Shown here piece after piece: positions 48,215 to 57,409 of a stretch of DNA of 64,000 bases (its first letter is position 1; each line of letters starts with the position of its first letter). Location: the IMG/VR virus record IMGVR_UViG_3300010340_000980. One strand, given 5' to 3'. Origin of the DNA: an uncultured virus (IMG/VR IMGVR_UViG_3300010340_000980). Lineage: Duplodnaviria > Heunggongvirae > Uroviricota > Caudoviricetes. The translations under genes and the position numbers were made by a program. The notes under the pieces were generated by a model that ran no database searches, was not told the origin of the DNA, and was given only the letters and a program-made list of their open reading frames with translations.

Positions 48215-48336
48215 AATTATTTTTATTTATTTTTTGAATCCCCGAATAGTCAAAATGAAAATTCAGTAAAGTTATTTATATATAAAATATCCACTTCCCT
48301 ATATGAATAATGTTCAAGAAAATATATATTAAAATT

Positions 48337-48364
48337 AAATGACTATCGGCTTGATAGTCATTTA
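48337..48364 (-). terminator. hairpin/terminator
   Basis: aaatgactatc-ggctt-gatagtcattt. Confidence 0.6.
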
Positions 48365-48381
48365 AAATTATTTCCATCATT

Positions 48382-48939
48382 TCAAGTGGTCTTTAATTTA
48401 TACAAGTCAATAAGTGATTTAATACACTCAATTACTTTCTCAGATGAGGTTCCTATTTCAACTTCCATTGAAGTTCCACGATGATCATATCCAATGTGAA
48501 ATTTAACACCATCTATCTCAACAAAATGAGATGCGAACCTTGATTTGTTTTCTGGTTCTAAATAATCATCAGTTTCATCATCATACTCACCTTCAAAACC
48601 TTCACCGAATTCATCGTGGTATAGTGGATCACCAAGTAGAGATTTAAGAACATCTTCATCAAAAACTGATGTAAATACAAATATTCCTATATTGGCGTAT
48701 ATCCTTTCAGATTTACCATTCAATTTATCAATAATTCGAAGTTTATCTATCTTATCATTATAAAATGATAATCCACCTGGCAGGTCTCCATCAAATACAT
48801 CAACAAAATACTTCCCAACTTCAGCATACCAATTTTTACTCCTATCATTGATAAGAATATTCATCTGTGGGGTTAGCTTTGTTTTACCCTTTACATAATC
48901 ACTTAATTCTTTTGAATAAGATTCAAACTTCTTTATCAT
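48382..48939 (-). CDS. hypothetical protein with MIKKFESY leader
   Basis: 185-aa ORF. Confidence 0.65.
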   Translation of the reverse strand: MIKKFESYSKELSDYVKGKTKLTPQMNILINDRSKNWYAEVGKYFVDVFDGDLPGGLSFYNDKIDKLRIIDKLNGKSERIYANIGIFVFTSVFDEDVLKSLLGDPLYHDEFGEGFEGEYDDETDDYLEPENKSRFASHFVEIDGVKFHIGYDHRGTSMEVEIGTSSEKVIECIKSLIDLYKLKTT

Positions 48940-48960
48940 TTGGATATAATTTAGACAACC

Positions 48961-49608
48961 TTAGTATCGGTAATTTTTTTCAGGTTTACGACATTTTATT
49001 TGAGAACGCCAGTTATTTTTCTCACCAATTGCTACTTCAAGTTTTGCATTCTTTCTTTTCATTACAAGACCTTCTATCATTTCGATTTTAGTATAGTTAT
49101 CAAAAATATTTTTAAAACCTGAGTCATATGATTTTGAATGATAGATATTGTCTGATATACCATAAAAGTATTCTTTATCTGATGAATTTTGACCATATAT
49201 ATTATCTAACATATCTATTCTTTCTTCAAAAGTCTTTCCTATTAGATAATCAGAATCTAAAACTAATATATCAAAAATAATTAATTTTTGGTTGAAAATA
49301 ATACCTCTTTCATCCCTTTTACTTTTATTTAAAGTTTCACCATTTAAAACTAACCATCCACCTTTAATATTTAAAGGCCTATATAGGTTTTCTATAATTT
49401 CATCTCTTGATATTTGAAAATTTGTTAGATTTTGATTGTGTCTTCCCATTACTCTAAGAGTTTCACCATTAGTGAAAATCAATGTGTTGGAACCATTGAT
49501 TTTCAATTGTGATTTCATTGTTCTGTTATCCCAGAAATTTAAATCTTCTGGACTTATAGCATTGGCAGGACGACAAGGGTAGATATATCTGAAATTATTA
49601 TACGTCAT
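48961..49608 (-). CDS. ATP-dependent ligase/capping-enzyme-type nucleotidyltransferase domain
   Basis: QLKING (KxNG), LNGE, IFDIL, EGLVMK, QIKCRK; no OB domain. Confidence 0.75.
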   Translation of the reverse strand: MTYNNFRYIYPCRPANAISPEDLNFWDNRTMKSQLKINGSNTLIFTNGETLRVMGRHNQNLTNFQISRDEIIENLYRPLNIKGGWLVLNGETLNKSKRDERGIIFNQKLIIFDILVLDSDYLIGKTFEERIDMLDNIYGQNSSDKEYFYGISDNIYHSKSYDSGFKNIFDNYTKIEMIEGLVMKRKNAKLEVAIGEKNNWRSQIKCRKPEKNYRY

Positions 49609-49675
49609 ATTTTTAGTAATTTATACAAAGGTAAGGAATATTTTTAATATATATAGTAAAATTGGGAATAAAAAT

Positions 49676-50725
49676 ATGAAAACTATTTGGACTAAGGATA
49701 GATGTTTAGAAGAAGCTTTAAAATTTAAAACTAGAAATAATTTTAGAAAAAATTCTCCAAGTGCATATAATAAATCATTAAAGAAAAAATGGCTAAATGA
49801 TATTTGTACTCATATGAATGAAGTAAAAAAGCCTAAAGATTATTGGACTAAAGAAGAATGTCATAAAGAGTCTCTAAAATATAGTACAAGAAGTGACTTT
49901 AATAGAGAAAGTGTTTCTGCCTATTCAAAAGCTTGGGAGAATAATTGGTTAGATGATATATGTAATCATATGAAATATTGTGGTAATAAATTTAAAAGAT
50001 GTATTTATGTTTATGAGTTTTCAGACAACCATGCCTATGTTGGTTTGACATTTAATATACATACACGTAATCAACAACATTCGAAAAGAGGCCCAGTATT
50101 TAATCATATCAAATCTACTAATATAAATCCAGAATTTAAAAAAATAACAGATTATATAAATATAGATGATGCTAAAATTAAAGAATTTGATTATATAAAT
50201 TTATATAAAAAAAATGGTTGGAAATTATTAAACTCTGCGAAATCCGGAGCTTGTGGTGGTGGTGATAGAAAATGGACAAAAGAAAAGTGTGAGATAGAAG
50301 CTTTAAAATATAGTAATGTGTGTGATTATAAGAAAAACTCTCTTTCTTATAGAGCAGCAGTTAGAAACAAATGGTTAGATGATATATGTACTCATATGAA
50401 TCGTAAAAAAAATCCACATAATTACTGGACCAAAGAAAAATGTCAGGAAGAGGCTTTAAAATTTAAAACAAGAAAAGAATTTGAGCTAAAATTTCCAGGT
50501 GGTTATGCAGCTAGTAGAATAAATGGTTGGTTAGATGAAATATGCTGTCATATGAATAAAATAAAAGTCAAGCCTGCCGGATATTGGACAAAAGAAAAAT
50601 GTTATAATGAATCAATCAAGTATAAATATAGAAGTGATTTTCAAAAAGGATGTATATCAGCATATACAATTTCAGTAAGAAATAAATGGTTGGATGAAAT
50701 TTGTCAACATATGATCAGTAAATAA
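49676..50725 (+). CDS. GIY-YIG-like endonuclease with five ~50-aa tandem repeats
   Basis: Central CIYVYEF...AYVGLT....R..QH..E...LN; repeats WTKEKC..EALKY..R..F......AY......WLDDIC.HM. Confidence 0.75.
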   Translation: MKTIWTKDRCLEEALKFKTRNNFRKNSPSAYNKSLKKKWLNDICTHMNEVKKPKDYWTKEECHKESLKYSTRSDFNRESVSAYSKAWENNWLDDICNHMKYCGNKFKRCIYVYEFSDNHAYVGLTFNIHTRNQQHSKRGPVFNHIKSTNINPEFKKITDYINIDDAKIKEFDYINLYKKNGWKLLNSAKSGACGGGDRKWTKEKCEIEALKYSNVCDYKKNSLSYRAAVRNKWLDDICTHMNRKKNPHNYWTKEKCQEEALKFKTRKEFELKFPGGYAASRINGWLDEICCHMNKIKVKPAGYWTKEKCYNESIKYKYRSDFQKGCISAYTISVRNKWLDEICQHMISK

Positions 50726-50771
50726 TAATTCAACTACAAATTTAATATATAAACAAAACTTATAAATATTT

Positions 50772-51278
50772 ATGAAACTAAATGAACTATTTGATGATGA
50801 ATTTCAGAAAAATCTAAATCAAGATTTATCTAAGGATGATATAACTGATCAAGATATAGATACTAATTTTAGAAGTCCTGTAGCTGGTTTTTTTAAAAAA
50901 TTAAGATACTTCATTCCTGTTCTTAACAAGTGTATAGATTTTGAAGATGAAAATCATTTTGTATTACAAAAAAATGATGTTTTTTTATTTATAGTTAGAA
51001 ATGAATCTTACCACGTAAGTATATCAATCTATTTTAGAGAAAAATCAAAAGTAGATTTATGTATTTTATACCAAAAATCTGATTATCGTGGTGATGTGTT
51101 TGTTAAAGATATAACAACTGGTGATACTGAGTATTGTTACTTAACAGATTTTGATAATGTTACAATAGAGGAAACTATTGATATTTTGAAAAACAATTTT
51201 CTACCTTTATTAAAAAGATTGGGATTTACAGAAGATTATTCTTCAAATAAGAATAAAAATATTGAAAGATTTAATTAA
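50772..51278 (+). CDS. hypothetical protein
   Basis: 168-aa ORF with AATATATA upstream. Confidence 0.6.
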   Translation: MKLNELFDDEFQKNLNQDLSKDDITDQDIDTNFRSPVAGFFKKLRYFIPVLNKCIDFEDENHFVLQKNDVFLFIVRNESYHVSISIYFREKSKVDLCILYQKSDYRGDVFVKDITTGDTEYCYLTDFDNVTIEETIDILKNNFLPLLKRLGFTEDYSSNKNKNIERFN

Positions 51279-51597
51279 AATTGCTTAGAGATTCACTCAA
51301 GCTAAGTATAGCATTTTTTAGATCCTCAGCATTTTTATATCCTTCTTTTAAAGCATATTCATATGTTCTATTTGCAGCATCTAATACAACATCTTGATTT
51401 ATTGAGTCTCTATCCATAGAGTCAATACCTATTTCAGATTGTATTTTATCTTCAGCATCTTTACTTGTAATTGTATATTTTTCAGAAATAAACTTTCTGA
51501 ATTCAATAATCGATTCAGAGTTTTTAATAATTGATTTCTTAACCTCTTTTGGGAAAGGTAAGAGTTTAACAGCAATTTTTAGATTATCTAGTGTCAT
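51271..51597 (-). CDS. hypothetical protein
   Basis: 108-aa ORF. Confidence 0.6.
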   Translation of the reverse strand: MTLDNLKIAVKLLPFPKEVKKSIIKNSESIIEFRKFISEKYTITSKDAEDKIQSEIGIDSMDRDSINQDVVLDAANRTYEYALKEGYKNAEDLKNAILSLSESLSNFN

Positions 51598-51731
51598 TCA
51601 GTTTCTTTATTTAGTTCTTCAACTAATTGTTGATATTGCCAATCTTTGAACATTTGGCAAAGTGTTAAATATTGTGATTCTGAATCAAAATCAAAATTCT
51701 CTTTAACTTCTTCAAAATATTGCTCAGACAT
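51594..51731 (-). CDS. small acidic protein (45 aa, MSEQYFEEVKENFDFD...)
   Basis: Translated by hand; TAtaTTTG promoter upstream; ATGA overlap with the next gene. Confidence 0.6.
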   Translation of the reverse strand: MSEQYFEEVKENFDFDSESQYLTLCQMFKDWQYQQLVEELNKETE

Positions 51732-51760
51732 AGTATTTAGATTTATACAAATATAGTAAA

Positions 51761-52573
51761 TTATTTCTTATCTACAAAATTATACGAATATAAATACTCA
51801 AATCTGAACTGAAATTTCCTTATAATATCAGGATTTAAGTCAAAATAATTTGTAGACCATCCTTCAAGCTTTGACCAATCTTCTCTTTTCATATCTTTTA
51901 CTGGATATGAATCACATAATATTTTACAGACTAATCTTTCAGATGTATTATTAGATTTAAAGATCACATTTTCACCTTTTTTAAATTTTTCTGAACGTGT
52001 TGTTGCTGTTCTTAATCCAGCTTTAATAGCATCAAATGTTGTATAGATTTTTTGTTCTAATAAATCTTTTCTAAATTGACCAGGGACTAATTGACTATGA
52101 CCTAGTTTATTATGCTCATAATTCATTGCTAATTCTTTCGCAGTTTTTAACTCAGATGGTCTTGGGACTATTTTACCCAGTTTATTATGATATCCAAATT
52201 TTTCAAGAAGAATATCACATAAAAATTGATAAGTTTTTGGTGCTTTTTCTTTTAGTTTAGCACGATCTGTTCCGTATCCACCCTCTGAAAAAATTATTGT
52301 TGTTCCGAATAATAATTCATCTGATATTTTTTTAATATCTTGATTTATTTTCTTTTTATTTTCTTCAAATTCATCATCCGTGTAATAAGCATCTTTTTCG
52401 TGAGTAGGTTTCTTTTTAGTTCTAATTCCTAAAGTATTTGATTCATTTCGGATAATTGCTTGACCACCTAAACCAGTTCGTAAATCATTATCACCATAGA
52501 TGAAAATCTTATTCGGTGATTTTATAACATCTTCAACGGACCAAAATCCTTTAAATACTTGTATCATCATCAA
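51761..52573 (-). CDS. two-domain protein (phage FIYGDN domain + ASCH-like RNA-binding domain)
   Basis: IFIYGDN..R.G.GGQA.IR...GI.TK; AIKAGLRTATTR ASCH signature, EG. Confidence 0.65.
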   Translation of the reverse strand: MMMIQVFKGFWSVEDVIKSPNKIFIYGDNDLRTGLGGQAIIRNESNTLGIRTKKKPTHEKDAYYTDDEFEENKKKINQDIKKISDELLFGTTIIFSEGGYGTDRAKLKEKAPKTYQFLCDILLEKFGYHNKLGKIVPRPSELKTAKELAMNYEHNKLGHSQLVPGQFRKDLLEQKIYTTFDAIKAGLRTATTRSEKFKKGENVIFKSNNTSERLVCKILCDSYPVKDMKREDWSKLEGWSTNYFDLNPDIIRKFQFRFEYLYSYNFVDKK

Positions 52574-52901
52574 TTATCTTTTTCAATTGGAGGTTTCTCA
52601 GTTGTTGCTTGATGGATGCATCATCTGTTCCATTTGAAATAACTTCAATAACCTCATTAAATCTATTTATTAGATTTTCAAAATTATTAAAATTCATAAT
52701 ACCAGGATTTGTTGAATATTTTGAGCCTTGCCAAATTAATTCTACTTTTGTTTCCGATTTTACTGGCATAATCCATGTTGTTACATTCTCAAATGAGAAA
52801 TGGCTTCTAACCTGTTCTACTGATTCTCTAGCCATTTTAGTGGAATATCCACTAACATTTATATAAACAATAAATATTGGATTTTCTAAATTTAATTCCA
52901 T
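52551..52901 (-). CDS. hypothetical protein with RNLQLKKII motif
   Basis: ORF in operon. Confidence 0.6.
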   Translation of the reverse strand: MELNLENPIFIVYINVSGYSTKMARESVEQVRSHFSFENVTTWIMPVKSETKVELIWQGSKYSTNPGIMNFNNFENLINRFNEVIEVISNGTDDASIKQQLRNLQLKKIIDDDTSI

Positions 52902-53437
52902 TATTTTTTCTTAGGTTTTAGTATCATATTCCACTTAGATCCCTCTAATTTAGGCATTGCTTCTGGAACGCCAACTTCTTCAACTAAAGTTGCAAATCTT
53001 AACATAACAACTTGTCCTTGTTGTGCCATATTATGTTGACGACCTTTAAGTAAAAGTGTTAATTTAACTTTATTTCCATCCTCTAGGAATTCTAAAGCTT
53101 TTTTAGATTTGACTCCTAAATCATGGTCTGCAATAGTTACAGAAAGTGAGATTTCTTTAAGTTCTGTTTTCTTTTGATTTTTTCGGCTTTCTTTTTCACG
53201 TTTCTCTAGTTCATAGAGAAATTTACCATAGTCTTCAATTCTTACAACGGGAGGCGTTGCATTTTCTGAAATAAGAATCAAATCTTTTTCATTATCCTCT
53301 GCAAGTTTAGATGCTTCATAAGAAGACATAATTTGGCCCTGACCGATTTCACCAGTAACTCGTACTTGTGGAAATCTTACTTCACCATTTGTTTTGTGTT
53401 TTTTCTCCTTCACTGGAGGCTTTTTTCTATTATTCAT
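52901..53437 (-). CDS. infC: translation initiation factor IF-3
   Basis: N..VR...VRV, DL.LIS..A.PPV.RI.DYGKF.YE, KEI.LS..I..HDL..K....FL..G.KVK. Confidence 0.95.
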   Translation of the reverse strand: MNNRKKPPVKEKKHKTNGEVRFPQVRVTGEIGQGQIMSSYEASKLAEDNEKDLILISENATPPVVRIEDYGKFLYELEKREKESRKNQKKTELKEISLSVTIADHDLGVKSKKALEFLEDGNKVKLTLLLKGRQHNMAQQGQVVMLRFATLVEEVGVPEAMPKLEGSKWNMILKPKKK

Positions 53438-53981
53438 AATTTAAAATACGGTCTATTGATATATCTCTTTGTTCCTGAGTTGTTCTGTGATACCACCAAG
53501 TTTTTTCATAATGTTTTTTTAATTCTTTCCAATCTGGAAGTTTATCCCAAACTCCATATATTAGTAAATCATCACTCCATATAATCAGATGATTTATTCT
53601 AGTATCAATATCAAAAAAATAAGTTTTAAAGTTTCTACTTATACCATCACTATCCACACTTGTATATTGAAAACTTCTTCTATATTCCCAATTTCTTCTA
53701 TATGACGCCCATTCTATCTCAATAGTTTGATCACAAAGTTTATCATGTAAGTAAATTCCTATCTTTGGATAATGTAAAGTATCTATACGATCTGATAATA
53801 CTTCTTCATATAGAAATAATTGACCAGGTCTATTAAGATTATATTTACAATTAAAGTAACTATTTTTTTTATGATGTTCAATATAATTATTATATAACTC
53901 CTCATCTACTTTATTAATAAGTATAGTTGGCTCATACTTATTGTAGAATGCTTTATGTTCTTCTGTGAAAGGAATTGCCAT
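53430..53981 (-). CDS. hypothetical protein with C-terminal RDISIDRIL
   Basis: ORF in operon. Confidence 0.6.
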   Translation of the reverse strand: MAIPFTEEHKAFYNKYEPTILINKVDEELYNNYIEHHKKNSYFNCKYNLNRPGQLFLYEEVLSDRIDTLHYPKIGIYLHDKLCDQTIEIEWASYRRNWEYRRSFQYTSVDSDGISRNFKTYFFDIDTRINHLIIWSDDLLIYGVWDKLPDWKELKKHYEKTWWYHRTTQEQRDISIDRILNYE

Positions 53982-54373
53982 TAATTAAAATCCATATTTG
54001 TTCGATATTTTCCTAATCCGATAGTATCAAATTCATCTTGATTAGAAATTCTTTGAATACCCATTAGTTTTAAAACATCATTAATGGGCTTAACTGACCA
54101 GTCTTGTTCATCAGATTTATCATAAACTTTTTTATTATTTATAAAAAGTTTAGCAGATTGATTACCAGATCCACCAAAATAGTCTGTTTCAATTTTTGCA
54201 ATAGTTTTATTAATACCAAATTCTTTAATATTTGGTATTTGAGTAGTTGCAAGAATATTAGAACCTAATTCTTTGAATTTTATTCCAATGTTTTTATTTT
54301 CTAAAATTGAAACAATTTTAGAATCTCTAATTTCCTCTTTTCGGATTAAATATACTGATATACTATGACTCAT
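53981..54373 (-). CDS. hypothetical protein
   Basis: IETDYFGG.G.QSA and DEFD.IGLG.YR motifs; internal RDSKIVSIL. Confidence 0.65.
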   Translation of the reverse strand: MSHSISVYLIRKEEIRDSKIVSILENKNIGIKFKELGSNILATTQIPNIKEFGINKTIAKIETDYFGGSGNQSAKLFINNKKVYDKSDEQDWSVKPINDVLKLMGIQRISNQDEFDTIGLGKYRTNMDFN

Positions 54374-54400
54374 ATTAAATATACATTATATTAAATAGTT

Positions 54401-55249
54401 TTAATAAGTTTTTTCTAAAAAAGCAGAGTAATAAATAAATTCACTTTGACCTGGACTAAGACCGGATACTTGCCCATCACCACACTCAAGAATCATCCAA
54501 GACCCATCTTCTTTTTCGGCAATATCAATAGTAAAATAATTAGAGTCTATGTTTGGAATAATATTTTTTAAAAACTCATAATTAGGAACTTGTCCATAAC
54601 CAAGATCAGTATTTTGTTCTACTGAAATTATATTATGATTATAAACAAAAATTCTATATTCATTTGTTTTATCACCATATTTTCTCAAATTACAAAATTC
54701 TTTAAAAACAATTCCTTCATTAAATAATTTACCTCTACTTTCTTTAAACTTGACAACTCTTTCAAAAAAATCATTAGGAGATAGTGAATTTTCTAAATGA
54801 AAAATTTCATCAAATCCTTTTTCAGATTTGACATAATCTTTAATAATAATATCAGTTCCAATATGCTTACGGCATATATCAACATTTAATTGGTCTATTG
54901 TATTAAACCAAATAGATCGTGGTGCATAACTTTCAATATGCTTATATACATTTGGATAATAATGACAATTTAAATATTGTTCTGGTGAATTTATTAATTC
55001 AATTTTATTTCGAGATAGTGTATTATATAATTCTCGATACTGATCTCCTTTTAACATCCAGGAACGAAGAATCATTTTCCCACCATCAGAGAAATCAATA
55101 TTGGAAATAAGTTGTTTATAGCTCACAAACTGGTCATGATCAAATAAATAAACTTTAAAATCCATTTTAATTAATGCCTCATACTCTTTTTGAAAATCTT
55201 GATCGACTTTCTTAGTATTCATTGGCTCACAAGGTAATAAAAACATCAT
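54401..55249 (-). CDS. ATP-grasp domain protein (DUF4343-like)
   Basis: IIKDYVKS, EYR.F, FTIDIA..DG.W.I.E.GDGQVSG. Confidence 0.8.
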   Translation of the reverse strand: MMFLLPCEPMNTKKVDQDFQKEYEALIKMDFKVYLFDHDQFVSYKQLISNIDFSDGGKMILRSWMLKGDQYRELYNTLSRNKIELINSPEQYLNCHYYPNVYKHIESYAPRSIWFNTIDQLNVDICRKHIGTDIIIKDYVKSEKGFDEIFHLENSLSPNDFFERVVKFKESRGKLFNEGIVFKEFCNLRKYGDKTNEYRIFVYNHNIISVEQNTDLGYGQVPNYEFLKNIIPNIDSNYFTIDIAEKEDGSWMILECGDGQVSGLSPGQSEFIYYSAFLEKTY

Positions 55250-55263
55250 AGTTATTATATTTA

Positions 55264-55292
55264 AAAATCCCAGTATTAATACTGGGATTTGA
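55264..55292 (-). terminator. hairpin terminator
   Basis: aaatcccagtat-ta-atactgggattt. Confidence 0.7.
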
Positions 55293-55299
55293 TTTACTT

Positions 55300-55716
55300 T
55301 TAAATTACTGACTTTTTAACCATTTCTGATACCAATTTTTTATCAACTGGTAAAGAATTAAACTCTTTCATTATCATTCCTAAGTTTTTAACACCTGATG
55401 CAACAAGAGAGTCAATTTTAGATTGAATTTCTTCAACTGAAAGTTGTGTTGGTAGATATGATTCTACAATTCTTAGCTCAGTTTGAGTTGCTGATATTTT
55501 TACAGTCTCAGAAAGTGATGTTAAGGTTTCTTTTAAAGATTTTAAAGTCTTATTAAGAATTTTAATAACATCTTCGTCTGAAAGATTTTCCGCACCTGTG
55601 TTCTTTTCGATAGTTTGAATCTCACCTTTAATTACAGAAAGTAAGTTCTTTGCTACAGTATTTTTAGCCTTGAATGCTTCAATGTAGTCTTTGTTAATTT
55701 TTTCTTTCAGTTTCAT
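55300..55716 (-). CDS. GatB/YqeY domain protein
   Basis: L.EKI..D...A.KAK....L..IK.EI, E..I.ESYLP.QLS.EEI, G.IMK. Confidence 0.88.
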   Translation of the reverse strand: MKLKEKINKDYIEAFKAKNTVAKNLLSVIKGEIQTIEKNTGAENLSDEDVIKILNKTLKSLKETLTSLSETVKISATQTELRIVESYLPTQLSVEEIQSKIDSLVASGVKNLGMIMKEFNSLPVDKKLVSEMVKKSVI

Positions 55717-55743
55717 ATTCGTTGTTTTAAAAATTTAAATTAA

Positions 55744-55887
55744 AATGAAAAACTGGAACTTCTGTCAAGTATGGACGAAATCCTAGAACCTCACCTTGAC
55801 TTTTAGTGGTCTGACCACTTGGGATTCCTTTTAATGAGTTCATCACTCTTGGTTTAGCAGTGTTACCATTCTGCAGTGTTTTTCATT
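55744..55887 (-). ncRNA. unidentified structured RNA
   Basis: GC-enriched 144-nt segment closed by AATGAAAAAC/GTTTTTCATT with four internal helices. Confidence 0.5.
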
Positions 55888-56186
55888 AATAGTGTTTTCG
55901 AATCATAATTTTCATATCATATTATAATTCAAACCCAAACTAATACTATCATATAGTTCGAGCTTATCGGTATTTTATCATAAACCCACTCACATCACCG
56001 ATTTTGATCGTCGGACACCTTAGTTCATCTATTATATTACCATTTGACAAGATGGTTCATGGAGTTTTATCAAAAGTGTAATCTTATTAATCCACTAATT
56101 ACCATCATATAATACAAACTTACTCTAAATGGTAATTTCAGTTTGTAATTTTTCATTCTATACAAATATAGAAAAATATTTTAGAA

Positions 56187-56618
56187 TTAAAAATCTTTTC
56201 TTCGTAATTCTCTTTCAATATCTTTCTTTTTTATAGAATTTCTTTTATCATAGTCTTTTTTACCTTTACATACTCCAACTTTAAGCTTAAATCTTCCTCT
56301 AACTGTGAATATTTCCAGAGGTATCATTGCGATTCCTCTTGTCTCAGTCAATTTAGAAATCTTAGAAATTTCTTTTTTAGTAAGAAGAATCTTTCTATCT
56401 CTCATTTCTTCATGATTTTGAAAGGTTGCTTCTTTATATTTAGAAATACTCATATTCTTAACATAGAGCTCACCATCTTTAAAAAAGATGAATGAATCAC
56501 CAAAGTTAAAATTATTCTCTCTGATAGATTTAACCTCTGAACCAACAAGCATTAAACCTGCGGTGAAGTCTTCAATCACTTGATAATTATAATATGCTTT
56601 TTTATTGACAATTTTCAT
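56187..56618 (-). CDS. smpB: SsrA-binding protein
   Basis: NKKAY.NY, AGL.L.GSEVKSIR, R.RK.LL.K.EI, GKK.YDKR..IK. Confidence 0.95.
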   Translation of the reverse strand: MKIVNKKAYYNYQVIEDFTAGLMLVGSEVKSIRENNFNFGDSFIFFKDGELYVKNMSISKYKEATFQNHEEMRDRKILLTKKEISKISKLTETRGIAMIPLEIFTVRGRFKLKVGVCKGKKDYDKRNSIKKKDIERELRRKDF

Positions 56619-56642
56619 AGTTGCAAATATATGTATAATTTT

Positions 56643-56861
56643 TTATTTTTCCAAATAATAGTCTTGAGCCAATTTCTCATACTTTCCAAATATTTGTTTA
56701 AGTTTTCTTTCTCTAACACATTCGGTATCATTATTGATGTGATATTTTAATTTTTCAAGAACTCCACTAAACTGATAGTCAGAATCGCACCATCTAATCA
56801 TTTTATCACAGTTTTGACATGTAGTAGATTCAGATCTAGATATATTATTATAATTTTTCAT
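56643..56861 (-). CDS. small Zn-binding hypothetical protein
   Basis: CxxC...H.....C; RERKLKQIF motif. Confidence 0.6.
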   Translation of the reverse strand: MKNYNNISRSESTTCQNCDKMIRWCDSDYQFSGVLEKLKYHINNDTECVRERKLKQIFGKYEKLAQDYYLEK

Positions 56862-56866
56862 AATAA

Positions 56867-57409
56867 TTATTCAAATATTAAATTTGATATTTGAATTCTT
56901 GATTCAAAATCGTTTCTATCTTTTATAACAGTTAGATTATTTCTTTCTAAATAAACACAATAGTCTGATGAGTATAATGGATCTGATCCACCTATTAACA
57001 TACTTTTCTCATAACCATTATCAAAGGCGGTATATATAGAATTTAATAAAATTAATTTAATATTTCTACCATCAGTTGAGAGTTGATATAATTTAGAATT
57101 TAAAAAATTAACTAATTCTCTAATATCTCTAGATTGTGAAAATAGTCTATTATCGTCTTCATTTTTAAGATTATTTAAATTCAAAATAATATTTATAGAA
57201 ACAGATTCATCTAGTAATTCTATAAGTTTTATTTCTCGTATAACTTCTTTAGAAGTGAAATATTCAATATATTTTTCTTTAGAAAATACATTATCAAATA
57301 TAATTTTACTCGGAATGTTGTCAACTATTTTTTGAACAGTTTCTTCATTCCGAGTATCATAACCTATTAGTGAGCATCTATGTGATAATATTTTACTAAT
57401 TATTTTCAA
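56867..57409 (-). CDS. hypothetical protein (possible degenerate RecA/DnaB-like fold)
   Basis: GG....Y.SD..V.L and V.KDR end motifs; REIKLIELL motif. Confidence 0.55.
   Translation of the reverse strand: MKIISKILSHRCSLIGYDTRNEETVQKIVDNIPSKIIFDNVFSKEKYIEYFTSKEVIREIKLIELLDESVSINIILNLNNLKNEDDNRLFSQSRDIRELVNFLNSKLYQLSTDGRNIKLILLNSIYTAFDNGYEKSMLIGGSDPLYSSDYCVYLERNNLTVIKDRNDFESRIQISNLIFE

Noticed and set aside
55760..55860. Hammerhead ribozyme suggested by GGACGAAA on the plus strand
   Set aside because: No correctly placed CUGANGA core or stems I/III
55720..56180. tmRNA next to smpB
   Set aside because: No GGGG 5' end, T-arm/CCA 3' end or tag reading frame; the upstream part looks like a decayed ORF
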